Source: Paramoeba atlantica
Taxonomy: Eukaryota; Protista; Discosea
Direction: 5' to 3'
Assembly: GCA_977017575.1 (NCBI GenBank)
Contig: CDRNVI010000014.1
Location: 434,001-498,000 of the forward strand
DNA: 64,000 bases
Every line of letters begins with the position of its first letter. Position 1 is the stretch's first letter. Below, piece by piece: positions 1 to 11,222 of the stretch. The notes beneath the pieces are model-generated. The model did no database searches and was not told the DNA's origin. It worked only from the letters and a program-made list of their open reading frames with translations. Position numbers and translations under genes: made by a program.

Positions 1-462
1 TGATTTGTAAACAAGCAATCAAATTAGCAATTTCACATGTTGTAGCCCAAAACTAGTAATTCAACCTGCCTTAAGTTATTTATGATTCTGATAACAATAA
101 TAATAAAAAAGGAAGCAATCCACGCCCAATCCATCCGCGCGTTCCGGACCGGGTCTTTCGACCTCACCACGGCCTGACTTGTGGACCCTTCCCTTGTTAT
201 ATGGGAGGGCGCAGGCGCGGGCCTGTGTCGACAGCGACACGGTCGCGAAACAGGAAGCTGGTCGACGGGGAGGAGATTCACTACCCGTGTACTACCTCAC
301 TTGGGGTACCTAGCCCTCGGCGAGCTAGGCGTGAGCATAGACTCTGTCGACTCGACCAGCTTCCAGATCAGTTGTTTCCGAGGGCGCTAACGTGGGCCTG
401 TGCCGACAACGGTGTGGTTAGGAAACGATTATCCCACGAGGGCTACTTACTCCGTTACCAAG

Positions 463-3400
463 CTATTGCTCGATCAGCGGAGTGGGAAGGTCGTCTACCG
501 GCATTCTTGATATCATCATACGTGCCTGGCGACGCATCAGCGTTATGTTCAAGTCTGTGACGAGCTGTAGCGTAGCTGCTCCGTCACTGAGAATGCCGTT
601 GGACGCTTTGGCCCGACGTTCTCCTACTTTCCGAAGTACTGCTAAGGCACTAGAGCTCCAAGAGCCGTAGCTCTCTACGACCATTGCTGTGAAGTCGCTT
701 CCCGCCGACTCAGATTCACGGCGCTGTCGAGCTTTCTGGTCGGAGGCGTAGTGCTCAGCGAAAGACCCCGCGGCCACCCAGCTAGCATTTCGGACTGTGT
801 CCGTGTATTTTGATTGCTGGGCGTGAGTGACCGCGAAGTCAAGCACTATAGGTTTTCCGAGGAAGAGGCTCGGCATGAAGACGTCCCCCGGTCTGGTCAA
901 GGCGCCCCCTGGGCCCCTATTCCCGAGGCTTTTCTCGCGCTGGGGTGCTAGGTGGGCCTGGCTGCAGGTGGCATCAAACTGATCGACTAACGAGTGGTGT
1001 CGCCGGATGATACCTTCCCCATGCTTACACGTGAGAGCATGGTCTCCGTGTATGTCAAGGGGGAGCGTGCAGTTCTCCCTGGGGCATTTTGATTCTTCCC
1101 CGTAGACTGGTACCCCCAACCACCAGCGGGACAAGGTACGGAATTCTGTTGGGGTGAAGGCGTGACCAGTGTCTTTGGATGGCGTTACGAAAGCCCAGCT
1201 ATTGGCCCCTTTCCCGCTCTGGGAGACCCAACGTGCGCGAGTCCTGGCGTCAGCCTTTTCATAAGCTCGCGAAAATTCCGTAGCTGAAATCGCGTGGCTT
1301 ATGTCCCTTTGGAGGGGGATACCCTTTTTCGCCCAGTCCGGCAGCTTCGCGTCAAAGCAATCCTCCGTTGCATACAATGGGCATGACGTAGGGGGGAGAT
1401 CATCGGGTGACAAGGGGGGGCGATCGTGTGGAAGGGAAGGGGGATTCGCAGATGAAGTAGGATCATGGGTATCCGGCTGGCGTGGGCGCTTTGCGGGGCG
1501 ATGCCTCGGAGGAAATTCTTCGCATTTGTGGTGCGGGATAGTGCACACACGGCCACTTGAGTTGAGAAGCTTGGTGCCAACCTTCGCGTTTATGTCGTCA
1601 ATAGATGATAGAAAGCCTTCTACTTCGGATGGATCCCAAGAGTCCATGTCTGCTGCAAAAGCAACCGAGGAAACGTAGGCTGAGGTTGCGTGAAAGGATG
1701 CTGACCGTAACCCGAATCCTCCGTGTTTTTTCAGGCGCTGAATTTGGGACCGTGCAGAGGGAGGCAAGGGGCATAAACATGACTCTACCGCGTGCATGAG
1801 AAAATCATCCAGACGCTCGCATAAAAGTGTAAGTGATTGTGGTGGGGTCGTGCGGAGAGCGTGGACCATTTTGCAGAACCCGGCGCATTGCCGAATAAGC
1901 GCCATTGAAACCTGTGGGTCTTTGATTCTAGTTATAGCTTCTAACGCCGTTTCTGCTGGTTCAATGGCGTGCGTTGTCAGGTATTCGGAGCAATACTCTG
2001 GGGATCCAATCGGACTTCCTAGAACGCTAAAGTCGCCACGTACGTTGATTTTGGTGTCCGGTATGTCGGGAAACAAATTTGTCACGTTAGCCGAGGCAGG
2101 GGAGGTAATGATTTCACACTTCGACATGTTCAAGTGCAAGCCCCAGCGAGGGCCTACCCTGGCGATCGTGTCCAGTGCATTTCTGGTGTCTTGGGCCTTG
2201 CCTATGAGAACCCCGTCGTCAAGGTACCATAATTGTAGGTCCAAGTCGGCTTGGTGATTGATTTCGTTTGCTAATTCCAGGGCGACCAGGGAGAAGAAAA
2301 GAGGTCCGAGGGGGTCCCCTTGTTGGACACCTTCGTCCGATAGGAGCGTGTGGGTTCGGTAAGTCAATGCACTAGTGGTGGTATAGCACCAGCTTGCCCA
2401 TGGGAATAATTCTGGGAAGTGCTCGCTTACAAGCTTCAGGAAGGCGGTTCTGCTAACGTTGTTAAAGGCGTTTCTGAGGTCTACTTTGCAAAGAACAAAG
2501 TCAGGGTTATCAGTGTGGATGGCCATGGCTTGTCGACAAGTGTGGATTATGCGTTCAGCTCCGACTGGTGTCGCCACTCCGAACTGTAGCCCTGCGAATA
2601 TGCCGCTTGCCTTGGCTTTAACTACGTTGCACGCAGTTTTGCTGACCAATCGACGAATAGTTTCCCCCGCAGCTATGGGTCGGACGTCGTTTTCGCCCTT
2701 TTCTAAGGCGCAAAGTCTGGCTCCGGCGAAATACGGTTGAACCTCTAGAGGGGCTTTACCGGCTAGAAGGTGATTTACGAGGTTTGTAATAGCTTTGAGA
2801 GGTTTCGTAGTGTTGTCTACCTGCGCTAGGAGTGCCACTTGTAGGTGTTCTGGGCGTAGGCCCATGGTTCCGGCGGAGGAGCCTCGGTGAAAGCTTTTGA
2901 TGGTTTTCGCGACTGTCGCTTCATCTACCTGTAAGGGCGCTGTTGGTGGGGGGGTGTAATCGATGGCGTCGCTGTCTGAAAGGCGGCACGGGTGTTTGTT
3001 CTGAAGCTTGATATACGTTTCTTCGTCGTCAGGAGCCATTGGGTCAGCCGTGAGTGCTGCCATTCCTCTTGAGTACTCGCCTTGTCGAACCAGCAATTCT
3101 GACCGGATGGCAGCTTTTTCCTCCTCATCGTGAACTATGTTAGGGGTTGCGGATTGCTTTTTGAGGGCGTTGTTTACTGTATCATTCCACAAGGGTACGT
3201 AATCTTGCGCCAGCCATCGGTTCATGCACTTTTCGACGAATGATGCGTATGTTGTGTGATTCTTGCGTCCTCCTCGGTGCGGAGCTGGTAGGAGACACTT
3301 CGGGAGCATAGCGAATAACGTCCACGCGGCGGGGGAGTTTTCCTTGACTGCGTTTTCGGCCGTTTTTGTTAAGATTTCTCCCCAAAGATGACGGCATCGG

Positions 3401-4335
3401 GCGGGGACGTCTTTGCAAGTGCTCAATTGTGTCTGAGAAATAGAGGCCAACGAGGGAAGCTCGGGTTGATGCATCTGAGTTGTGGGGGGGTGGCTTTCGT
3501 CGCTTGGGTGTGACATGTGTGATGGGCTTTGAGGGGTTGTCATCTTTCCCTTGCAGGACTGTGGGTGTGTTTCCCTTTTATTGACATCGTAAGAGCGCCC
3601 GCATGCAGCACACAGGAATCTACCTTCTGTAGCCCACCAGGCGGCAGGGATGCTGCTACCGTGGCGACAGGCGACGTGGTTATAAAACGCTTGCCACGAT
3701 ACCCCGTGCGCCGGGCTCCGCCAAGTGCATCCCATCGCCGGGCATTCTCGGAATTCTTCTCTGTTTTGTGTAACTTCGGTGGCTGAGTCCTTGGCCTCAG
3801 CTAGGAGAGGTGAGGGAGGGTTTTTCTCTGTCGCCGGTATTCGTTTAGAATGCCTCGTGTCTGTCTTCGTGGGTCCTTTCGAGGGAGAAACGTTGTGTAG
3901 CAGACGGGGAGAGACGTCCTGTACTACGGCATTAAGCTTCAGTGTTTTGTCGGGGGTCCGAGATGCAGGTGCGTTCTCATGAGTTGTGCTCTGCCGTCTT
4001 ACCCCACAGTGTTGCATTTCCTCGTTTTCTGCCTCAGTATGGCCCGTGTCTGGAGTTTCCCTCTCCTGTGCAATTTGGCGTGCGTGATCCATCCATTCCG
4101 CGGGAATATCCATGGGGATCGGCGTGGTATAAAGTTGCTCGTTGTATGTACTTGCAGTGGAGATCAAGTGTTTGTTCCCCTCAAACTGGTCCCAACTGCC
4201 GAGTCGGTGGGAACGCTCTTCATCGGTGAAAGTGCCTTCGCTGAGCTTACCTTCGTTTGTGTTAGTCAATATGTGGGGTGAAGGTGGATTTTTGTCTAGG
4301 CTTGCGCGAGATCGAAGACTTTGATCGCTTTTCAT
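463..4335 (-). CDS. Family A polyprotein: N-terminal zinc fingers, reverse transcriptase, CCHC knuckle, restriction-like endonuclease
   Basis: CPAMGC..HVACRH and CAACG..HPQSC fingers; DLRNAFN, QQGDPLGP and YLDD RT motifs; CPRENC..HALTC knuckle; RPGD..DFAVTH endonuclease motif. First ATG after the SL is at 4335; the track start at 4392 lies inside the SL. Confidence 0.92.
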   Translation of the reverse strand: MKSDQSLRSRASLDKNPPSPHILTNTNEGKLSEGTFTDEERSHRLGSWDQFEGNKHLISTASTYNEQLYTTPIPMDIPAEWMDHARQIAQERETPDTGHTEAENEEMQHCGVRRQSTTHENAPASRTPDKTLKLNAVVQDVSPRLLHNVSPSKGPTKTDTRHSKRIPATEKNPPSPLLAEAKDSATEVTQNREEFRECPAMGCTWRSPAHGVSWQAFYNHVACRHGSSIPAAWWATEGRFLCAACGRSYDVNKRETHPQSCKGKMTTPQSPSHMSHPSDESHPPTTQMHQPELPSLASISQTQLSTCKDVPARCRHLWGEILTKTAENAVKENSPAAWTLFAMLPKCLLPAPHRGGRKNHTTYASFVEKCMNRWLAQDYVPLWNDTVNNALKKQSATPNIVHDEEEKAAIRSELLVRQGEYSRGMAALTADPMAPDDEETYIKLQNKHPCRLSDSDAIDYTPPPTAPLQVDEATVAKTIKSFHRGSSAGTMGLRPEHLQVALLAQVDNTTKPLKAITNLVNHLLAGKAPLEVQPYFAGARLCALEKGENDVRPIAAGETIRRLVSKTACNVVKAKASGIFAGLQFGVATPVGAERIIHTCRQAMAIHTDNPDFVLCKVDLRNAFNNVSRTAFLKLVSEHFPELFPWASWCYTTTSALTYRTHTLLSDEGVQQGDPLGPLFFSLVALELANEINHQADLDLQLWYLDDGVLIGKAQDTRNALDTIARVGPRWGLHLNMSKCEIITSPASANVTNLFPDIPDTKINVRGDFSVLGSPIGSPEYCSEYLTTHAIEPAETALEAITRIKDPQVSMALIRQCAGFCKMVHALRTTPPQSLTLLCERLDDFLMHAVESCLCPLPPSARSQIQRLKKHGGFGLRSASFHATSAYVSSVAFAADMDSWDPSEVEGFLSSIDDINAKVGTKLLNSSGRVCTIPHHKCEEFPPRHRPAKRPRQPDTHDPTSSANPPSLPHDRPPLSPDDLPPTSCPLYATEDCFDAKLPDWAKKGIPLQRDISHAISATEFSRAYEKADARTRARWVSQSGKGANSWAFVTPSKDTGHAFTPTEFRTLSRWWLGVPVYGEESKCPRENCTLPLDIHGDHALTCKHGEGIIRRHHSLVDQFDATCSQAHLAPQREKSLGNRGPGGALTRPGDVFMPSLFLGKPIVLDFAVTHAQQSKYTDTVRNASWVAAGSFAEHYASDQKARQRRESESAGSDFTAMVVESYGSWSSSALAVLRKVGERRAKASNGILSDGAATLQLVTDLNITLMRRQARMMISRMPVDDLPTPLIEQ

Positions 4336-4386
4336 GGGGAAGGACGCTAATCCCCGGGGAGTAACTAAAGAAAGGAAAAAAAGGTT

Positions 4387-4420
4387 CAACAAGGTACAGA
4401 AACTGTATCTTTATCGTTAA
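4387..4420 (-). other. Spliced-leader-like exon copy (nt 6-39)
   Basis: TTAACGATAAAGATACAGTTTCTGTACCTTGTTG contains the kinetoplastid/diplonemid SL core ACAGTTTCTGTAC and ends in TTG. Preceded by the poly(A) at 4425-4452. Confidence 0.85.
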
Positions 4421-4622
4421 ATTATTTTTTTTTTTTTTTTTTTTTTTTTTTTGGAATATTGCATATTTTCTATAGTAAATACCCATCCATCGTTTTTTGT
4501 AAGACCCCTGTCATTGCATTCTGCCACAATGACGGATCAGAGATAAGGCTTATATAATGCTTGCGCGACTTTGCAAGCTGTGTAATATTTCGTATTATGA
4601 TATAAAAAACTAATGAGCTGAT

Positions 4623-7169
4623 TTATAGACTGAATTCCTGCGTAGCGCTTTCTTCGTTTAGGTATTTCCGAAGGTGGGAATAAACTGCTAGACCATTTAA
4701 TTCCTGCACCAGTAGTTTAAATTCCTGTTCAACCCCCTGCCGGTCTAGTACGGCAGCATCTGCTATCGCATGGATCAGACTTTGCGTGTTGCGATGTAAA
4801 GAACCTCCGGACAGAATAGGCAAGCATTGGAAGCATTCTTCTCGTATAATATTCGTCTGCACGTACGTGTTATGTTTCCTTTTGATCGCGTCGTTGATTA
4901 GTTGGATGCATTTTTTAGACCTATTGCTCTGCGAAAGCTCGTGTATTACGGTTAAGTCATAGTATACCTCGCCGTTGTTCCAATAAATAACGAGATCCGG
5001 TCCGGATCGGCATAGCCGTCTTCCAGTGCAAACTTTCTGATGAGTTACGTGATTGCTTGGATTAATTATATCTCCGCACTGCAGACATTTCCATGACGAG
5101 AAAGCTCTGGGTTCCTTTTCACATGGCAATCCAGCTTTGTGGCATAGTAGCTGTAGAAATGTAACAAGTGCATTGTGCTTCGCCGTTGAATTGAATCCTG
5201 AGCATTGAACGCATCCTGGGATATGTGACAGAGCATTCCGATTGTCGAGAACAATGCCACATCCCGGGCAAAGAAGGTTGGTCGGAAGATTTTGATGTTG
5301 AGCATTTAGCCTAGGCATAACCGCAAGCTTAAATAGGTGTGACGGTATACTTCGTACATGTGACGTGAGCCAGTCGTTGTTGCCTTTGAAGGAAGTGGCT
5401 TGAAGTATGGGCTTAAGTTCGGGATTTAGCAGCAATTCTTTCCAATCCTTTTCATGTTGAATCACGTTGGATGTTTCGTCGTCAACAGGTGTAATTTTTA
5501 GACTAGATTTCTTTGGAATGCATTTGTGTGCAGCTGTGGTGTTTGTTACAGTCCGAGCTGAAGAAGATCTTTGGCGCTCAAGAACTGAAAAACGCGAAGC
5601 AGCGTACGCATTCGCTCTATTGGGATTACTGGCTGTTAATCCGAAACCCCCTTTTTTGAATGGAAGACGGATGATTTTCTTTTGATTTGATGATAACGGC
5701 CCGAACCAGGCTTCCACGACATCCTCGACTTTTTGATCAAACTCCGCAGTAGCAGTGTCTGTGGTGTCCGCTTCGTGAACGCGCATGAGGTATTGCAGTC
5801 TAAAGTTTACGCATTTAGACAGCAGCAGAAGAGAAATATTATTTATACCCATTTTCTTTAGCCGCCTAAACCCGTCATCATGTTTGTTTACCTGTCGAAG
5901 GAGCCTTTCACTAATCGACTCGTTTTCACCTATGTGAGCACCCAGTATCTTAATGGCATCGGATTCTGTTTTAAGACCTTGCTGTTGAAGAGACCATGGT
6001 ATGGAGTTTCCTGACATTCCCTGAAACCACACACACTTCGTCTCGGCGAGACTCACCCGTTTCTGCTTGAGAAGATCTCTAAGTCGGAAAAACACCGTTT
6101 CTAATTCGTTAGGGTCTCGCGAAACCAGAGTTATATCGTCGATGTAAGCGTTGATTTCTACACCAGGGAATTCCATGGCCAACGTTTCAAGGATCGGCTG
6201 ACAAAATACACAAAAGTATAGACTTGCTAAGGCAGAACCTTGTCGTACTCCAGCGGAACTCGGTATAATGCTCGCTAAATTGCCATCAGAACCGAAATAC
6301 AGCAGGTCAGAGGGTTCGGAGTATTCGGCGGTGAAGAACCTCTGGAAAGGTTTGAGTGTTGCAAATGCAAAGACGCTTTTGGCCATTTCGGTCCTTGAAG
6401 GGGTGTTAAATGCATTCCTCATGTCGACAGATAGAATCGTGTGACCGTCTCGATATCGGTCGCGTAGCTTGTGGATGATTCTTTCACACCCCGCCTGCGA
6501 AAACACCCCCTGTTGCATTGGAGAGAAAAGGGGTTCCAGCGTTTTTTCATACCTCTGCAGCAATATCAGGCCGGCTAGCTTACCAAATATTTCGCCAATC
6601 GCTACAGGCCGAACTCCTCCGTCGGGTTTTGCTATTGCAACCAGACGGGCCCGATTAAGTCTTTGCATCACTTGGCGTGAAAGAAATCCGTTGATCAGGT
6701 CCCCCATCATGTGACACATACTCCCACAACATGGCTCGTCGTCAACCAGTAGTCTAATAACACTATCCGTTGTTCCTGTGGGACCCGGGCTGACGCCTTT
6801 CGCCAACCGTTTGCTGGCGCTGCGAATTTCGATCGACGAAACTGCAGCTATGATGGGTGCATCTTCGGGTACGTCAAATTTGCTGTTTTGTTCCGGATGC
6901 AGGTCTCGCAGCTTTTGTATGGTTTCTTGGTCTGTAAGTGACTTATTCTGAAACGAACGATCAAGTACTTTACATGCTTTGGAAACGCAGCCTTCTAAGG
7001 CAAGACGTGTTACTCTCTTGATGGCTCTTCGGTCCTCTTTCGCTACTACTTCTTCTTCCGCCTTGTCGTCATTAAACGGTCTCGTAGAGGTCTTCGGCGT
7101 CTTTGTCTGACACTGGATTGACGGACCTCTGCAAGAGACAGTTTCATAGCAGACAGAACTTGGTTCCAT
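4623..7169 (-). pseudogene. Family B RT, zinc fingers and endonuclease portion
   Basis: DMRNAFN, GVRQGS, YIDD, CPGC..HIPGC, CLQC..HQKVC, RSGPD..YDLTV. The true frame enters from the 7046-7321 frame via a frameshift near 7090. Confidence 0.85.
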
Positions 7170-7321
7170 ATTTTGTTCCTTTGCGGATAGTCGCTTTGAT
7201 GGTACGGTTGCATAATGTCTCGATATATGGCAAGTATTCGCGGAATGAAGTCTGGACTAATTGTTTTGGCCGTGGGAATCGGAAGGTGGTCAACGTCGTC
7301 GCCTTTCCAGTCACTCACATT

Positions 7322-7855
7322 GAAACCTAAACTGAAATCAGCGTCTTCTTTCTCACACATAATGAACAAGAATAAATAAAATGAAACCAATTCCTAAATC
7401 ATGTAATATCTTTCTTCATAAAGCAATTCAAAGAATTCAACTGCTTTAGTATCCTCACCACCTATCCATGAAAAGAAATTAAGGTACCTGGCCATTTCAA
7501 TCAAACTTACAGTATTTGAAACAAATCCACAACAAACTCCTTTACTTACGAACGGGCATCCCGTCCGCCAACTCCGCGAAGTGGTTGGGGGTTGGTGGGC
7601 GGGCGCAATAAAAAGGTTAGAGAAGGAGTGTCACTATACCAAACTAAATAAATGAAATCTCTAAACAAAACAAACAAATCATATCTCATAATATAAATAT
7701 TATGTGCCCCCAAGGGCCATTATATCAATCATCCTAAATTTCTAAACGTACACTTATATAAACAAAACAAACAAATCATATCTCATAATATAAATATTAT
7801 GTGCCCCGAAGGGCCATTATATCAATCATCCTAAATTTCTAAACGTATACTTATA
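7322..7855 (-). mobile_element. Solo YR-element unit (B-spacer-A remnant, SIRE-like)
   Basis: On + it starts GAAA and ends CTAAATTTCTAAACGTATACTTATA, like the YR element termini. Contains TGCCCCGAAGGGCC and the GGGGGTTGGTGGG spacer. No TSD; excision restores the host ORF. Confidence 0.75.
7662..7855. repeat. Two tandem ~97-bp copies of the solo unit A end
   Basis: 7662-7758 and 7759-7855 are nearly identical. Confidence 0.9.
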
Positions 7856-9754
7856 GTTGAATGTGGTATCTTCGTGTGATTGTTCGTCGCTTTCATCCAA
7901 CTCTGGCGGCGTTATGTGCCACCGTAGGTGAAAGATCCGTACGTTTTCTTGAGGCGGAAGGAAGCCGTCGAAATATTCGCTTGCATGATGGCCTTTGATA
8001 CCTCTGTACCGAAGAGTGATCTTCTTCTTGTTAGCTCTGCGATTTGTTTTTGTAACGACACCCTCCGATATGTTGATTTTCGTTTGCCTGTCGAAAGTCC
8101 AAGCGATAGTGCACGTCGCTCCGTTTTTGATGTGAGATAGTGATTGGATGATGTCATTGGAGGTGATGGGGAACTCTGTTTCCGGTTTTATGGCTCCGAT
8201 AATGTTCTCGAAGACTTCGCCATTTATTCCATCGCAAAAAGTGATCGCGGAACCTCTCTGTATTTCGTCAGCTATGTCCACAGGAATTGGTGGTAGTGGG
8301 GTTTCAAGGGCTGCGCCGCGAGTCGGAGACTCACAGTCGTGAAATTCAACATCTTTGTCTATAGACTCTTCTGCTCCTGTGCTCTTTTCCGTAATTGGAG
8401 TCGGGGTAGCGTCAGTGTCATTGTTGAGATCGTCGGCCGGGGATGGTGTCATCGGTTTTCCGGGAAGCTGTTCTGGCATGGTTTTTCTTCGAATTCCTAG
8501 TTGCTCTCTAGGAACATCGTTCTCGGCAACGGTTTGTGCTGTGTCTATCTGTTCTTTGTATCTCCGTCGAAGAGTTTCCATCATCAAGGAGGATGGATTT
8601 AGTGGGCGCATGACAAGTTCATTAAGGGTTTCCGGATCCTTCGGTGGGGGGGTGGCTGCGTCCGCGTAAGTCGGTTCTGTACTACAGTTGGTGAAGGCAG
8701 TTACTTTTGCAGTGTTAGTTTTTAGCATGACGCTCCCTTCTGGATGTCGAAGTGTCGGGTTGCTGTTCTCGTGTTCTTTACTTTGTTGTACTAAATTCAA
8801 CTGTTTGTTCCGTCGACTAAAAAAGCTGGACGAGAGGAGCGAGTTCTTGAATCGAATACGGCAGTTGGATTTCGAATGTTTATCGACTTCTTTGCTGGCC
8901 ATCCCATCGCTCGGTGGCATGTTTGGCGCTTCGCTGGATCTGTCTTGACATCTTGGGGAATGATTCATCGAACTCGTATGATTTTTAGCAGAATTTAGTG
9001 GATCATGGAGGTCTGGAGCTGATAACGGTGTCAGAGGTGGCAGCGACGGCGGTGGCAACGGCGGTGGCAAATCTGGCGATTCTGGGCTCGGGCGTGTAGT
9101 TTGCGTGGTGATGATTGCTGAAAGTTGATGGCTCTCAGTTTGCATCGCCGTAACGCTGGCGCGGGCTTTCCGCGACAGCGCATGCATGCTCGATTGCGTA
9201 AAGGGTGTGACCTGCACCAGTGCAGCTGGAGTGGACGGCGGAGGTAGTAAAGGTGGCGGCGCAGCGCAATGGGACGGCGGCGGCTGTGGCGGCAGGGTCT
9301 CAGGAGCTTTATTTTTTTTCCGCGAAGGTGGCGATCGCTGCGGCGGCGGCGGCGACTGTTGCGGTGTTGTGGTCGCTGGAGGCTCTGGACTGTTGCGGTG
9401 GTGTAGGCGCTGGTGGCCTGAGCACGTGGAGGGTGTGACCTGCACCAGTGCAGAGGGAGGCGGCAGCGGCGGCGCAATGGGGGGGAACGGAGGCGCAGCG
9501 GGAGAGCAGACGTCGCAGAGAGGCAACGCAGCAGATTGTATAATCCGTGGCGGCGACTGTGGCAAATCCTCAGAAGGTTTCTTTTTTTGCCCCGAATGTG
9601 GCGATCGCTGCTGCAGCGGTGGCGAATGTTGCGGTGTTGTGGGCGGCAGCCCCACTTCAAGCGTTTTCTTCTTCCCTCGTCGGGATGGCGGCAGCGGTAC
9701 AACCTCTGGAGCTACTCCAGTGTCCTTCGCCCTGCTCCGCGTGAACATTCCCAT
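7856..9754 (-). pseudogene. Family B N-terminal part (Pro-rich region plus conserved ~85-aa domain)
   Basis: The MGMFTRSRAK start matches MGVVTRSKAK at 26288 and 54340. The FP..AW.FDRQ..NIS.GVV..GH..PPQ.NVR block is shared with three other copies. Confidence 0.85.
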
Positions 9755-9792
9755 TATTTTTTTTTTGACCGAAAAGGGTAATCACGATAAGG

Positions 9793-9830
9793 CAACAAGG
9801 TACAGAAACTGTATCTTTATCGTTAAAGAT
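9793..9830 (-). other. Spliced-leader-like exon copy (nt 2-39) with an extra 15-nt partial copy at 9831-9845
   Basis: Exact match; 38 nt upstream of the ATG at 9754. Confidence 0.85.
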
Positions 9831-9845
9831 CTGTATCTTTATCGT

Positions 9846-10149
9846 GCAGCCAACTCTTGGGTAGAATCGAGGTTGCCCAACATTGCTGAATAATGTGGGT
9901 CATCCATGTAACAACATTCTGTCCTGCATACTTTATGTGTTCTGGATAAATTCCGTCCGGCCCTGGAGCTTTTCCATCCTTGAGGTGAGAAATGCTTTGT
10001 TCGACTTCTTCTCTTGTAGGGGGTGCATTGTTTTGATTTCGTTCTTCGCTTAATTCGATTTCTGAGATCGTGCTGTATTTTATTTGACTCAGATCCCTAC
10101 GTATGTCTGCCAAATTGACGGCGGAAGTCTCCTCTTCGAAAACGCGTTC
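9846..10149 (-). pseudogene. APE-LINE linker and RT start; continuation of 16264-17898
   Basis: ERVFEEE...KAPGPDGIYPEHIK. Joins IFAIHF at 16264 in frame once the YR element is removed. Confidence 0.85.
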
Positions 10150-10367
10150 GAAATCCACGCCGAGGGGCTCCCTGGAAACATATACACTGATAACATATAT
10201 GAATAAATGAACAACTATGAATAGCTCAATCGTAATTCAAAATGACACAACATATCATTCATTCATTTCACACGCACAAAGATGGAAAAGAAACAAGCCT
10301 GCATAAAACAACACAATCAATGTCACTCTGTTAACGGGGTTCCCCCCCCACCGGAACCCTCGGCCAA
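10150..10367. repeat. Split direct repeat B2
   Basis: Identical to 10570-10787. Confidence 0.92.
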
Positions 10368-10391
10368 ATGGCTGGGGGCTCGGTGGGTGGG

Positions 10392-10569
10392 CACAAAACT
10401 TTAAACGTAACAAAATAACAACCTAACAAGAATATAACAAACGAGTAAACACCCCCCTCCATGCAATTAGAGAATACTACATCATAATTTGAGAAGATTA
10501 TGTGCCCCGAAGGGCCAGCAGGCAAATATATAGCCGCCCCTCGGCTAAATTTCAAAACGTGAACTATTA
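10392..10569. repeat. Split direct repeat A2
   Basis: 178 bp, nearly identical to 16086-16263. Confidence 0.92.
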
Positions 10570-10787
10570 GAAATCCACGCCGAGGGGCTCCCTGGAAACA
10601 TATACACTGATAACATATATGAATAAATGAACAACTATGAATAGCTCAATCGTAATTCAAAATGACACAACATATCATTCATTCATTTCACACGCACAAA
10701 GATGGAAAAGAAACAAGCCTGCATAAAACAACACAATCAATGTCACTCTGTTAACGGGGTTCCCCCCCCACCGGAACCCTCGGCCAA
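10570..10787. repeat. Split direct repeat B1
   Basis: Identical to 10150-10367. Confidence 0.92.
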
Positions 10788-11222
10788 CCTGCCCACACAC
10801 ACGTCACAATAAACGCAAAATGCCCAATCACGTAGTCAAATATTAATAGATAGAAAATATCAAAATATGCAGAGCTCACAAAAGGATAACGATAGCAATA
10901 GATGACCAGTCCATTACCACGCCCTTTACAAGCTCACACGAGCTACACAGGTTACGCTTTCAACCTCTGCCCATATACCAACTTGGGACCTAGAAGTGTG
11001 GAGCAACTAGGCGTGGTGTACGGCCGTGTCAACAATGACGCGGTTAAAAACATTAAGGCGCTAATCGCAGAGTAAAGAAAACTTTACTCACCTTTATCTC
11101 ACATTGGGGAACCTTGTTTTCGAAAACCAAGGCGTGAGGATAAAGTTTGTCAACCGATTAACATCCATAACCTTCCAAAATTATAGGGACAACCTCCAAA
11201 CCCCAGGACCCCGTCCGCTCTC

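Larger units (their letters stand above)
1..4420 (-). mobile_element. CRE/SLACS/CZAR-clade non-LTR retrotransposon, family A, near full length (3' end runs off the window)
   Basis: SL-like exon at 4387-4420, 51-nt 5' UTR, single intact ORF. The 3' UTR at 1-462 matches the + strand copy at 53573-54060. Confidence 0.9.
4425..9830 (-). mobile_element. CRE-clade family B element from SL to poly(A), disrupted by a solo YR unit (7322-7855) and a frameshift near 7090
   Basis: Removing 7322-7855 rejoins ...DTTFN|NVSDWKGDDVDHLP in frame. Same domain order as the intact ORF at 22161-26288. SL at 9793-9830, poly(A) at 4425-4452. Confidence 0.85.

Noticed and set aside
7586-7600. GGGGTTGGTG resembling kinetoplast minicircle CSB-3 (also ~21914)
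   Set aside because: Only 10 of 12 bases match, there is no CSB-1/2, and the homologous spacer in the full YR elements reads GGGGGCTCGGTGGG.
9031-9893. Long antisense and alternative-frame ORFs over GC-rich element regions (also 14275-14616, 25509-26371, 62735-63601)
   Set aside because: Shadow ORFs of Pro-rich or repetitive coding sequence with no motifs; recurrence only reflects element copies.
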